A DNA stretch of 64,000 nt from the human T2T-CHM13v2.0 reference genome, Homo sapiens. Where the stretch lies: the NCBI RefSeq assembly GCF_009914755.1, contig NC_060948.1; one strand, 5' to 3'. Below the pieces are notes generated by a model. The model ran no database searches. It was not told the origin of the DNA and saw only the letters and a program-made list of their open reading frames with translations. The stretch's first letter is position 1. Each line of letters starts with the position of its first letter. Below, piece by piece: positions 17,403-36,750 of the stretch. Position numbers and translations under genes: made by a program.

Positions 17403-19507
17403 AGATCCATATTTTTTAAATGAAAAAAAATTTCAAAGGTACTCTGCTTGGTACAATAATCAAATGTATAAACTGAGGAATAAAACATAACCATGAAACC
17501 TACTTATAACTGCATATGGAAAATACAGAGGATAATTTTTTAAATAACATATTTTGAAAGCCTTAACTAGTAATTTGAAGAGTTGGCATTTGAAAGGCCA
17601 GTATGAATATACCTTCAAAGCAGCAACACAGGTTCCCCATGAGAAAAAGCAAACACAGGGAAAATAAAACCACAAAGGTTCAATCTCTTCTGACCTTTGA
17701 AAGACACAGCACAGACAGTGGTCCTTAGGACGAAGAGCAGGAGACCCCTAATTCCGTCACCATGGCGATAGGGCATAAACATTGCTGGGTGAGGGCACAA
17801 TCCACATTGTGAGGTCCAACTGCTGCCAGGAAGACAGGAGTGCTTTTACATAGACCGAAAGGTCATTGAAGGCTCAGAGTTTTGTTTCAAGAACTGAATC
17901 CCAAGCCCACACGTTATTAGGCTGCGCTTCTTAAAACAAGTTATGAGATGGGAAAAAGGGCACCCACAAACATACGTATACATTATGTATATAATAATAT
18001 ACAGTATCATATATATAATATATATAACCTATGTATAATATTGTTTTACATCCTGCATCTTATGTTATATATATTGCATAAAATATAATAATTGATAATA
18101 TATAAGTTTTATATTTATTCAATATGACATATAGTATATATTAAAATTTATGACATGTATAATATATGTTATATATCATATATAGAATATATTATACGGT
18201 TAATATACGTATTAAATATAACTTATACATTATATATATTACATATAATATATCTGTTTTATATAATACCCATTATGCATAATATATATATTATGTCTAT
18301 GTTCTATATAGTATAAAACAACATATAATAATACATAATTGTATATATAAAATGCGACATATAATATATATTATATTTTATGACATATGTAATATATATT
18401 TTATATTATATATAATACGTTGTATGTATAATACCTATATTAAATATATATTATATGACTATGTTATTAATTACATGTCACATATGTTATATATTATATA
18501 TTTTACATAGAATATACGGGTTACATACAATATATACTAAATTACTTATAATGTAAAATTTATTACATGTAAAATAAAGAATGCAATATATTATGTATAA
18601 TTTATAATATACAATATGTGGAATGTGATGTATATAACATATAATATATGATATATGATGTACAGTATATGATATATAACATATAATATATGATACCTAA
18701 TATATATGGTATATAATATATATTTTATGATATGTATTCTATATGTTATATATTCTGTTATATATAACTGTTTGAAATTATATATAACTGTATAATATTT
18801 TAGGTAAATATGTAATATAATATATATAACTTTATAATATATTATATATAACTATATATTATGTTATATATACTTTTATAACATAATTTACATAAAATAT
18901 CATAATATAATATATATTATATTATTTCATATTACATAATATATATTACATATCACCCAATATAAGTAACATACGTAATATTATAATATAGATTATATTA
19001 TGTTATATTAAATATCATATATATCATGTATCATATATTCTATAATATATATTATACATTATATAATATGTATGTTGTCTATTATGTGATATATATAACT
19101 ATATATATTATTATATTATTATACATATAACTAGATAAACATGTAATTCTACATATTTTCATTTATAATATATAGAATTATATAATCATATATAATTATT
19201 TATATTCTATTAAAAATTATATCATTATATAAATTATAATATATAAAAATTATAATATGTACTACAAATATATATATTATATATCATATATGATATAGTA
19301 CCTTTGTTATATATCATAATACATATAAATGTGTATTATGTTATCTATAATTATATAATTTCATATATAAGATGTATAATATGTATTATTTATTATATAT
19401 GTTATGTAATATATATAGTATATATAAGCTGACACAGGATAAATATTATATACTATGACATATAAAATATATGAGGTTATATGTTACATATAAGGCATAG
19501 CACATAA

Positions 19508-19822
<315 letters not shown>

Positions 19823-21925
19823 AGATCCATATTTTTTAAATGAAAAAAAATTTCAAAGGTACTCTGCTTGGTACAATAATCAAATGTATAAACTGAGGAA
19901 TAAAACATAACCATGAAACCTACTTATAACTGCATATGGAAAATACAGAGGATAATTTTTTAAATAACATATTTTGAAAGCCTTAACTAGTAATTTGAAG
20001 AGTTGGCATTTGAAAGGCCAGTATGAATATACCTTCAAAGCAGCAACACAGGTTCCCCATGAGAAAAAGCAAACTCAGGGAAAATAAAACCACAAAGGTT
20101 CAATCTCTTCTGACTTTTGAAAGACACAGCACAGACAGTTGTCCTTAGGACGAAGAGCAGGAGACCCCTAATTCCGTCACCATGGCGATAGGGCATAAAC
20201 ATTGCTGGGTGAGGGCACAATCCACATTGTGAGGTCCAACTGCTGCCAGGAAGACAGGAGTGCTTTTACATAGACCGAAAGGTCATTGAGGGCTCAGAGT
20301 TTTGTTTCAAGAACTGAATCCCAAGCCCACACGTTATTAGGCTGCGCTTCTTAAAACAAGTTATGAGATGGGAAAAAGGGCACCCACAAACATACGTATA
20401 TATTATGTATATAATAATATACAGTATCATATATATAATATATATAACCTATGTATAATATTGTTTTACATCCTGCATCTTATGTTATATATATTGTATA
20501 AAATATAATAATTGATAATATATATGTTTTATATTTATACAATATGACATATAGTATATATTATAATTTATGACATATATAATATATGTTATATATCATA
20601 TATAGAATATATTATACGGTTAATATACGTATTAAATATAAATTATACATTATATATATTATATATAATATATCTGTTATATATAATACCCATTATGCAT
20701 AATATATATATTATGTCTATGTTATATATAGTATAAAACAACATATAATAATATATAATTGTATATATAAAATGCGACATATAATATATATTATATTTTA
20801 TGACATGTAATATATATTATATATTATATATAATACTTTGTATGTATAATACCTATATTAAATATATATTATATGACTATGTTATTAATTACATGTCACA
20901 TATGTTAAATATTACATATTTTACATAGAATATACCGGTTACATACAATATATACTATGTTACCTATAAAGTATAATTGATTACATGTAAAATAAAGAAT
21001 GCAATACATTATGTATAATTTATAATATACAATATGTGGAATGTGATATATATAACATATAATATATGATACATGATATACAGTATATGATAATTAACAT
21101 ACAATATATGATACCTAATATATCTGGTATACAATATATATTTTATGATATGTATTCTCTATGTTTTATATTCTGTTATATATAACTACTTGAAATTATA
21201 TATAACTGTATAATATTTTATGTAAATATGTAATATAATATATATAACTATATAATATATTATATATAACTATATATTATGTTATATATACTTTTATAAC
21301 ATAATTTACATAAAATATCATAATATAATATATATTATATTATTTCATATTACATAATATATATTACATATCACCCAATATAAGTAACATACATAATATT
21401 ATAATATAGATTATATTATGTTATATTAAATATCATATATATCATGTATCATATATTCTATAATATATATTATACATTATATAATATGTATGTTGTCTAT
21501 TATGTGATATATATAACTATATATATTATTATATTATTATACATATAACTAGATAAACATGTAATTCTACATATTTTCATTTATAATATATAGAATTATA
21601 TAATCATATATAATTATTTATATTCTATTAAAAATTATATCATTATATAAATTATAATATATAAAAATTATAATATGTACTACAAATATATATATTATAT
21701 ATCATATATGATATAGTACCTTTGTTATATATCATAATACATATAAATGTGTATTATGTTATCTATAATTATATAATTTCATATATAAGATGTATAATAT
21801 GTATTATTTATTATATATGTTATGTAATATATATAGTATATATAAGCTGACACAGGATAAATATTATATACTATGACATATAAAATATATGAGGTTATAT
21901 GTTACATATAAGGCATAGCACATAA

Positions 21926-22240
<315 letters not shown>

Positions 22241-24343
22241 AGATCCATATTTTTTAAATGAAAAAAAATTTCAAAGGTACTCTGCTTGGTACAATAATCA
22301 AATGTATAAACTGAGGAATAAAACATAACCATGAAACCTACTTATAACTGCATATGGAAAATACAGAGGATAATTTTTTAAATAACATATTTTGAAAGCC
22401 TTAACTAGTAATTTGAAGAGTTGGCATTTGAAAGGCCAGTATGAATATACCTTCAAAGCAGCAACACAGGTTCCCCATGAGAAAAAGCAAACTCAGGGAA
22501 AATAAAACCACAAAGGTTCAATCTCTTCTGACTTTTGAAAGACACAGCACAGACAGTTGTCCTTAGGACGAAGAGCAGGAGACCCCTAATTCCGTCACCA
22601 TGGCGATAGGGCATAAACATTGCTGGGTGAGGGCACAATCCACATTGTGAGGTCCAACTGCTGCCAGGAAGACAGGAGTGCTTTTACATAGACCGAAAGG
22701 TCATTGAGGGCTCAGAGTTTTGTTTCAAGAACTGAATCCCAAGCCCACACGTTATTAGGCTGCGCTTCTTAAAACAAGTTATGAGATGGGAAAAAGGGCA
22801 CCCACAAACATACGTATATATTATGTATATAATAATATACAGTATCATATATATAATATATATAACCTATGTATAATATTGTTTTACATCCTGCATCTTA
22901 TGTTATATACATTGTATAAAATATAATAATTGATAATATATATGTTTTATATTTATACAATATGACATATAGTATATATTATAATTTATGACATATATAA
23001 TATATGTTATATATCATATATAGAATATATTATACGGTTAATATACGTATTAAATATAAATTATACATTATATATATTATATATAATATATCTGTTATAT
23101 ATAATACCCATTATGCATAATATATATATTATGTCTATGTTATATATAGTATAAAACAACATATAATAATATATAATTGTATATATAAAATGCGACATAT
23201 AATATATATTATATTTTATGACATGTAATATATATTATATATTATATATAATACTTTGTATGTATAATACCTATATTAAATATATATTATATGACTATGT
23301 TATTAATTACATGTCACATATGTTAAATATTACATATTTTACATAGAATATACCGGTTACATACAATATATACTATGTTACCTATAAAGTATAATTGATT
23401 ACATGTAAAATAAAGAATGCAATACATTATGTATAATTTATAATATACAATATGTGGAATGTGATATATATAACATATAATATATGATACATGATATACA
23501 GTATATGATAATTAACATACAATATATGATACCTAATATATCTGGTATACAATATATATTTTATGATATGTATTCTCTATGTTTTATATTCTGTTATATA
23601 TAACTACTTGAAATTATATATAACTGTATAATATTTTATGTAAATATGTAATATAATATATATAACTATATAATATATTATATATAACTATATATTATGT
23701 TATATATACTTTTATAACATAATTTACATAAAATATCATAATATAATATATATTATATTATTTCACATTACATAATATATATTACATATCACCCAATATA
23801 AGTAACATACATAATATTATAATATAGATTATATTATGTTATATTAAATATCATATATATCATGTATCATATATCCTATAATATATATTACACATTATAT
23901 AATATGTATGTTGTCTATTATGTGATATATATAACTATATATATAATTATATTATTATACATATAACTAGATAAACATGTAATTATACATAATTTCATTT
24001 ATAATATATAGAATTATATAATCATATATAATTATTTATATTCTATAAAAAATTATATCATTATATAAATTATAATATAAAAAAATTATAATATGTACTA
24101 CAAATATATATATTATATATCATATATGATATAGTACCTTTGTTATATATCATAATACATATAAATGTGTATTATGTTATCTATAATTATATAATTTCAT
24201 ATATAAGATGTATAATATGTATTATATATTGTCTATGTTATGTAATATATATAGTATATATAAGCTGACAAAGGATAAATATTATATACTATGACATATA
24301 AAATATATGAGGTTATATGTTACATATAAGGCATAGCACATAA

Positions 24344-24658
<315 letters not shown>

Positions 24659-26761
24659 AGATCCATATTTTTTAAATGAAAAAAAATTTCAAAGCTACTC
24701 TGCTTGGTACAATAATCAAATGTATAAACTGAGGAATAAAACATAACCATGAAACCTACTTATAACTGCATATGGAAAATACAGAGGATAATTTTTTAAA
24801 TAACATATTTTGAAAGCCTTAACTAGTAATTTGAAGAGTTGGCATTTGAAAGGCCAGTATGAATATACCTTCAAAGCAGCAACACAGGTTCCCCATGAGA
24901 AAAAGCAAACTCAGGGAAAATAAAACCACAAAGGTTCAATCTCTTCTGACCTTTGAAAGACACAGCACAGACAGTGGTCCTTAGGACGAAGAGCAGGAGA
25001 CCCCTAATTCCGTCACCATGGCGATAGGGCATAAACATTGCTGGGTGAGGGCACAATCCACATTGTGAGGTCCAACTGCTGCCAGGAAGACAGGAGTGCT
25101 TTTACATAGACCGAAACGTCATTGAAGGCTCAGAGTTTTATTTCAAGAACTGAATCCCAAGCCCACACGTTATTAGGCTTCGCTTCTTAAAACAAGTTAT
25201 GAGATGGGAAAAAGGGCACCCCCACACATACGTATACATTATGTATATAATAATATACAGTATCATATATATAATATATATAACCTATGTATAATATTGT
25301 TTTACATCCTGCATCTTATATTATATATATTGTATAAAATATAATAATTGATAATATATAAGTTCTATATTTATACAATATGACATATAGTATATATTAT
25401 AATTTATGACATATATAATATATGTTATATATCATATATAGAATATATTATACGGTTAATATACGTATTAAATATAAATTATACATTATATATATTATAT
25501 ATAATATATCTGTTATATATAATACTCATTATGCATAATATATATATTATGTCTATGTTATATATAGTATAAAACAACATATAATAATATATAATTGTAT
25601 ATATAAAATGCGACATATAATATGTATTATATTTTATGACATATGTAATATATATTATATATTATATATAATACGTTGTATGTATAATACCTATATTAAA
25701 TATATATTATATGACTATGTTATTAATTACATGTCACATGTGTTATATATTATATATTTTACATAGAATATACCTTTTACATACAATATATACTATGTTA
25801 CCAGTAATGTATAATTTATTACATGTAAAATAAAGAATGCAATATATTATGTATAATTTATAATATACAATATGTGGAATGTGATATATATAACATATAA
25901 TATATGATATATGATATACAGTATATGATATATAACATACAATATATGATACCTAATATATATGGTATACAATATATATTTTATGATATGTATTCTCTAT
26001 GTTTTATATTCTGTTATATATAACTATTTGAAATTATATATAACTGTATAATATTTTATGTAAATATGTAATATTATATATATAACTATATAATATATTA
26101 TATATAACTATATATTATGTTATATATACTTTTATAACATAATTTACATAAAATATCATAATATAATATATATTATATTATTTCATATTACATAATATAT
26201 ATTACATATCACCCAATATAAGTAACATACATAATATTATAATATAGAATATATTATGTTATATTAAATATCATATATATCATGTATCATATATGCTATA
26301 ATATATATTATACATTATATAATATGTATGTTGTCTATTATGTGATATATATAACTATATATATAATTATATTATTATACATATAACTAGATAAACATGT
26401 AATTCTACATATTTAGATTTATAATATATAGAATTATATAATCATATTTAATTATTTAAATTCTATAAAAAATTATATCATTGTATAATTTATAATATAT
26501 AAAAATTATAATATGTACTACAAATATATATTATATATCATATATGATATAGTACCTTTGTTATATATCATAATACATATAAATGTGTATTATGTTATCT
26601 ATAATTATATAATTTCATATATAAGATATATAATATGTATTATATATTATATATGTTATGTAATATATATAGTATATGTAAGCTGACACAGGATAAATAT
26701 TATATACTATGACATATAAAATATATGAGGTTATATGTTACATATAAGGCATAGCACATAA

Positions 26762-27076
<315 letters not shown>

Positions 27077-29181
27077 AGATCCATATTTTTTAAATGAAAA
27101 AAAATTTCAAAGGTACTCTGCTTGGTACAATAATCAAATGTATAAACTGAGGAATAAAACATAACCATGAAACCTACTTATAACTGCATATGGAAAATAC
27201 AGAGGATAATTTTTTAAATAACATATTTTGAAAGCCTTAACTAGTAATTTGAAGAGTTGGCATTTGAAAGGCCAGTATGAATATACCTTCAAAGCAGCAA
27301 CACAGGTTCCCCATGAGAAAAAGCAAACTCAGGGAAAATAAAACCACAAAGGTTCAATCTCTTCTGACCTTTGAAAGACACAGCACAGACAGTGGTCCTT
27401 AGGACGAAGAGCAGGAGACCCCTAATTCCGTCACCATGGCGATAGGGCATAAACATTGCTGGGTGAGGGCACAATCCACCTTGTGAGGTCCAACTGCTGC
27501 CAGGAAGACAGGAGTGCTTTTACATAGACCGAAAAGTCATTGAAGGCTCAGAGTTTTGTTTCAAGAACTGAATCCCAAGCCCACACGTTATTAGGCTGCG
27601 CTTCTTAAAACAAGTTATGAGATGGGAAAAAGGGCACCCACAAACATACGTGTACATTATGTATATAATAATATACAGTATCATATATAGAATATATATA
27701 ACCTATGTATAATATTGTTTTACATCCTGCATCTTATGTTATATATATTGTATAAAATATAATAATTGATAATATATAAGTTTTATATTTATTCAATATG
27801 ACATATAGTATATATTATAATTTATGACATATATAGTATATGTTATATATCATATATAGAATATATTATACGGTTAATATACGTATTAAATATAAATTAT
27901 ACATTATATATATTATATATAATATATCTGTTATATATAATACCCATGATGCATAATATATATATTATGTCTATGATATATATAGTATAAAACAACATAT
28001 AATAATATATAATTGTATATATAAAATGCGACATATAATATATATTATATTTTATGACATATGTAATATATATTATATATTATATATAATGCGTTGTATG
28101 TATAATACCTATATTAAATATATATTACATGGCTATGTTATTAATTACATGTCACATGTGTTATATATTATTTATTTTACATAGAATATACCGGTTACAT
28201 ACAATATATAGTATGTTACCTATAATGTATAATTTATTACATGTAAAATAAATAATGCAATATATTATGTATAATTTATAATATACAATATGTGGAATGT
28301 GATATATATAACATATAATATATGATATATGATATAGAGTATATGATATATAACATACAATATATGATACCTAATATATATGATATACAATATATATTTT
28401 ATGATATGTATTCTATATGTTATATATTCTGTTATATATAACTGTTTGAAATTATATATAACTGTATAATATTTTAGGTAAATATGTAATATAATATATA
28501 TAACTTTATAATATATTATATATAACTATATATTATGTTATATATACTTTTATAACATAATTTACATAAAATATCATAATATAATATATATTATATTATT
28601 TCATATTACATAATATATATTACATATCACCCAATATAAGTAACATACATAATATTATAATATAGATTATATTATGTTATATTAAATATCATATATATCA
28701 TGTATCTTATATTCTATAATATATATTATACATTATATAATATGTATGTTGTCTATTATGTGATATATATAACTATATATATAATTATATTATTATACAT
28801 ATAACTAGATAAACATGTAATTCTACATATTTTCATTTATAATATATAGAATTATATAATCATATATAATTATTTATATTCTATAAAAAATTATATCATT
28901 ATATAAATTAGAATATATAAAAATTATAATATGTACTACAAACATATATATTATATATCATATATGATATAGTACCTTTGTTATATATCATAATACATAT
29001 AAATGTGTATTATGTTATCTATAATTATATAATTTCATATATAAGATGTATAATATGTATTATTTATTATATACGTTATGTAATATATATAGTATATATA
29101 AGCTGACACAGGATAAATATTATATACTATGACATATAAAATATATGAGGTTATATGTTACATATAAGGCATAGCACATAA

Positions 29182-29496
<315 letters not shown>

Positions 29497-31599
29497 AGAT
29501 CCATATTTTTTAAATGAAAAAAAATTTCAAAGGTACTCTGCTTGGTACAATAATCAAATGTATAAACTGAGGAATAAAACATAACCATGAAACCTACTTA
29601 TAACTGCATATGGAAAATACAGAGGATAATTTTTTAAATAACATATTTTGAAAGCCTTAACTAGTAATTTGAAGAGTTGGCATTTGAAAGGCCAGTATGA
29701 ATATACCTTCAAAGCAGCAACACAGGTTCCCCATGAGAAAAAGCAAACTCAGGGAAAATAAAACCACAAAGGTTCAATCTCTTCTGACCTTTGAAAGACA
29801 CAGCACAGACAGTGGTCCTTAGGACGAAGAGCAGGAGACCCCTAATTCCGTCACCATGGCGATAGGGCATAAACATTGCTGGGTGAGGGCACAATCCACA
29901 TTGTGAGGTCCAACTGCTGCCAGTAAGACAGGAGGGCTTTTACATAGACCGAAAGGTCATTGAAGGCTCAGAGTTTTGTTTCAAGAACTGAATCCCAAGC
30001 CCACACGTTATTAGGCTGCGCTTCTTAAAACAAGTTATGAGATGGGAAAAAGGGCACCCACAAACATACGTATACATTATGTATATAATAATATACAGTA
30101 TCATATATATAATATATATAACCTATGTATAATATTGTTTTACATCCTGCATCTTATGTTATATATATTGTATAAAATATAATAATTGATAATATATAAG
30201 TTTTATATTTATACAATATGACATATAGTATATATTATAATTTATGACTTATATAATATATGTTATATATCATATATAGAATATATTATACGGTTAATAT
30301 ATGTATTAAATATAAATTATACATTATATATATTATATATAATATATCTGTTATATATAATACCCATCATGCATAATATATATATTATGTCTATGATATA
30401 TATAGTATAAAACAACATATAATAATATATAATTGTATATATAAAATGCGACATATAATATGTATTATATTTTATGACATATGTAATATATATTATATAT
30501 TATATATAATACGTTGTATGTATAATACCTATATTAAATATATATTATATGACTATGTTATTAATTACATGTCACATGTGTTATATATTATATATTTTAC
30601 ATAGAATATACCGGTTACATACAATATATACTATGTTACCAGTAATGTATAATTTATTACATGTAAAATAAAGAATGCAATATATTATGTATAATTTATA
30701 ATATACAATATGTGGAATGTGATATATATAACATATAATATATGATATATGATATACAGTATATGATATATAACATACAATATATGATACCTAATATATA
30801 TGGTATACAATATATATTTTATGATATGTATTCTCTATGTTTTATATTCTGTTATATATAACTATTTGAAATTATATATAACTGTATAATATTTTATGTA
30901 AATATGTAATATTATATATATAACTATATAATATATTATATATAACTATATATTATGTTATATATACTTTTATAACATAATTTACATAAAATATCATAAT
31001 ATAATATATATTATATTATTTCATATTACATAATATATATTACATATCACCCAATATAAGTAACATACATAATATTATAATATAGAATATATTATGTTAT
31101 ATTAAATATCATATATATCATGTATCATATATGCTATAATATATATTATACATTATATAATATGTATGTTGTCTATTATGTGATATATATAACTATATAT
31201 ATAATTATATTATTATACATATAACTAGATAAACATGTAATTCTACATATTTAGATTTATAATATATAGAATTATATAATCATATTTAATTATTTAAATT
31301 CTATAAAAAATTATATCATTATATAAATTATAATATATAAAAATTATAATATGTACTACAAATATATATTATATATCATATATGATATAGTACCTTTGTT
31401 ATATATCATAATACATATAAATGTGTATTATGTTATCGATAATTATATAATTTCATATATAAGATATATAATATGTATTATATATTACATATGTTATGTA
31501 ATATATATAGTATATGTAAGCTGACACAGGATAAATATTATATACTATGACATATAAAATATATGAGGTTATATGTTACATATAAGGCATAGCACATAA

Positions 31600-31914
<315 letters not shown>

Positions 31915-34017
31915 AGATCCATATTTTTTAAATGAAAAAAAATTTCAAAGGTACTCTGCTTGGTACAATAATCAAATGTATAAACTGAGGAATAAAACAT
32001 AACCATGAAACCTACTTATAACTGCATATGGAAAATACAGAGGATAATTTTTTAAATAACATATTTTGAAAGCCTTAACTAGTAATTTGAAGAGTTGGCA
32101 TTTGAAAGGCCAGTATGAATATACCTTCAAAGCAGCAACACAGGTTCCCCATGAGAAAGAGCAAACTCAGGGAAAATAAAACCACAAAGGTTCAATTTCT
32201 TCTGACCTTTGAAAGACACAGCACAGACAGTGGTCCTTAGGACGAAGAGCAGGAGACCCCTAATTCCGTCACCATGGCGATAGGGCATAAACATTGCTGG
32301 GTGAGGGCACAATCCACCTTGTGAGGTCCACCTGCTGCCAGGAAGACAGGAGTGCTTTTACATAGACCGAAAAGTCATTGAAGGCTCAGAGTTTTGTTTC
32401 AAGAACTGAATCCCAAGCCCACACGTTAGTAGGCTGCGCTTCTTAAAACAAGTTATGAGATGGGAAAAAGGGCACCCACAAACATACGTATATATTATGT
32501 ATATAATAATATACAGTATCATATATATAATATATATAACCTATGTATAATATTGTTTTACATCCTGCATCTTATGTTATATATATTGTATAAAATATAA
32601 TAATTGATAATATATATGTTTTATATTTATACAATATGACATATAGTATATATTATAATTTATGACATATATAATATATGTTATATATCATATATAGAAT
32701 ATATTATACGGTTAATATACGTATTAAATATAAATTATACATTATATATATTATATATAATATATCTGTTATATATAATACCCATTATGCATAATATATA
32801 TATTATGTCTATGTTATATATAGTATAAAACAACATATAATAATATATAATTGTATATATAAAATGCGACATATAATATATATTATATTTTATGACATGT
32901 AATATATATTATATATTATATATAATACTTTGTATGTATAATACCTATATTAAATATATATTATATGACTATGTTATTAATTACATGTCACATATGTTAA
33001 ATATTACATATTTTACATAGAATATACCGGTTACATACAATATATACTATGTTACCTATAAAGTATAATTGATTACATGTAAAATAAAGAATGCAATACA
33101 TTATGTATAATTTATAATATACAATATGTGGAATGTGATATATATAACATATAATATATGATACATGATATACAGTATATGATAATTAACATACAATATA
33201 TGATACCTAATATATCTGGTATACAATATATATTTTATGATATGTATTCTCTATGTTTTATATTCTGTTATATATAACTACTTGAAATTATATATAACTG
33301 TATAATATTTTATGTAAATATGTAATATAATATATATAACTATATAATATATTATATATAACTATATATTATGTTATATATACTTTTATAACATAATTTA
33401 CATAAAATATCATAATATAATATATATTATATTATTTCACATTACATAATATATATTACATATCACCCAATATAAGTAACATACATAATATTATAATATA
33501 GATTATATTATGTTATATTAAATATCATATATATCATGTATCATATATCCTATAATATATATTACACATTATATAATATGTATGTTGTCTATTATGTGAT
33601 ATATATAACTATATATATAATTATATTATTATACATATAACTAGATAAACATGTAATTATACATAATTTCATTTATAATATATAGAATTATATAATCATA
33701 TATAATTATTTATATTCTATAAAAAATTATATCATTATATAAATTATAATATAAAAAAATTATAATATGTACTACAAATATATATATTATATATCATATA
33801 TGATATAGTACCTTTGTTATATATCATAATACATATAAATGTGTATTATGTTATCTATAATTATATAATTTCATATATAAGATGTATAATATGTATTATA
33901 TATTGTCTATGTTATGTAATATATATAGTATATATAAGCTGACAAAGGATAAATATTATATACTATGACATATAAAATATATGAGGTTATATGTTACATA
34001 TAAGGCATAGCACATAA

Positions 34018-34332
<315 letters not shown>

Positions 34333-36435
34333 AGATCCATATTTTTTAAATGAAAAAAAATTTCAAAGCTACTCTGCTTGGTACAATAATCAAATGTATA
34401 AACTGAGGAATAAAACATAACCATGAAACCTACTTATAACTGCATATGGAAAATACAGAGGATAATTTTTTAAATAACATATTTTGAAAGCCTTAACTAG
34501 TAATTTGAAGAGTTGGCATTTGAAAGGCCAGTATGAATATACCTTCAAAGCAGCAACACAGGTTCCCCATGAGAAAAAGCAAACTCAGGGAAAATAAAAC
34601 CACAAAGGTTCAATCTCTTCTGACCTTTGAAAGACACAGCACAGACAGTGGTCCTTAGGACGAAGAGCAGGAGACCCCTAATTCCGTCACCATGGCGATA
34701 GGGCATAAACATTGCTGGGTGAGGGCACAATCCACATTGTGAGGTCCAACTGCTGCCAGGAAGACAGGAGTGCTTTTACATAGACCGAAACGTCATTGAA
34801 GGCTCAGAGTTTTATTTCAAGAACTGAATCCCAAGCCCACACGTTATTAGGCTGCGCTTCTTAAAACAAGTTATGAGATGGGAAAAAGGGCACCCCCACA
34901 CATACGTATACATTATGTATATAATAATATACAGTATCATATATATAATATATATAACCTATGTATAATATTGTTTTACATCCTGCATCTTATATTATAT
35001 ATATTGTATAAAATATAATAATTGATAATATATAAGTTCTATATTTATACAATATGACATATAGTATATATTATAATTTATGACATATATAATATATGTT
35101 ATATATCATATATAGAATATATTATACGGTTAATATACGTATTAAATATAAATTATACATTATATATATTATATATAATATATCTGTTATATATAATACT
35201 CATTATGCATAATATATATATTATGTCTATGTTATATATAGTATAAAACAACATATAATAATATATAATTGTATATATAAAATGCGACATATAATATGTA
35301 TTATATTTTATGACATATGTAATATATATTATATATTATATATAATACGTTGTATGTATAATACCTATATTAAATATATATTATATGACTATGTTATTAA
35401 TTACATGTCACATGTGTTATATATTATATATTTTACATAGAATATACCGGTTACATACAATATATACTATGTTACCAGTAATGTATAATTTATTACATGT
35501 AAAATAAAGAATGCAATATATTATGTATAATTTATAATATACAATATGTGGAATGTGATATATATAACATATAATATATGATATATGATATACAGTATAT
35601 GATATATAACATACAATATATGATACCTAATATATATGGTATACAATATATATTTTATGATATGTATTCTCTATGTTTTATATTCTGTTATATATAACTA
35701 TTTGAAATTATATATAACTGTATAATATTTTATGTAAATATGTAATATTATATATATAACTATATAATATATTATATATAACTATATATTATGTTATATA
35801 TACTTTTATAACATAATTTACATAAAATATCATAATATAATATATATTATATTATTTCATATTACATAATATATATTACATATCACCCAATATAAGTAAC
35901 ATACATAATATTATAATATAGAATATATTATGTTATATTAAATATCATATATATCATGTATCATATATGCTATAATATATATTATACATTATATAATATG
36001 TATGTTGTCTATTATGTGATATATATAACTATATATATAATTATATTATTATACATATAACTAGATAAACATGTAATTCTACATATTTAGATTTATAATA
36101 TATAGAATTATATAATCATATTTAATTATTTAAATTCTATAAAAAATTATATCATTATATAAATTATAATATATAAAAATTATAATATGTACTACAAATA
36201 TATATTATATATCATATATGATATAGTACCTTTGTTATATATCATAATACATATAAATGTGTATTATGTTATCGATAATTATATAATTTCATATATAAGA
36301 TATATAATATGTATTATATATTATATATGTTATGTAATATATATAGTATATGTAAGCTGACACAGGATAAATATTATATACTATGACATATAAAATATAT
36401 GAGGTTATATGTTACATATAAGGCATAGCACATAA

Positions 36436-36750
<315 letters not shown>

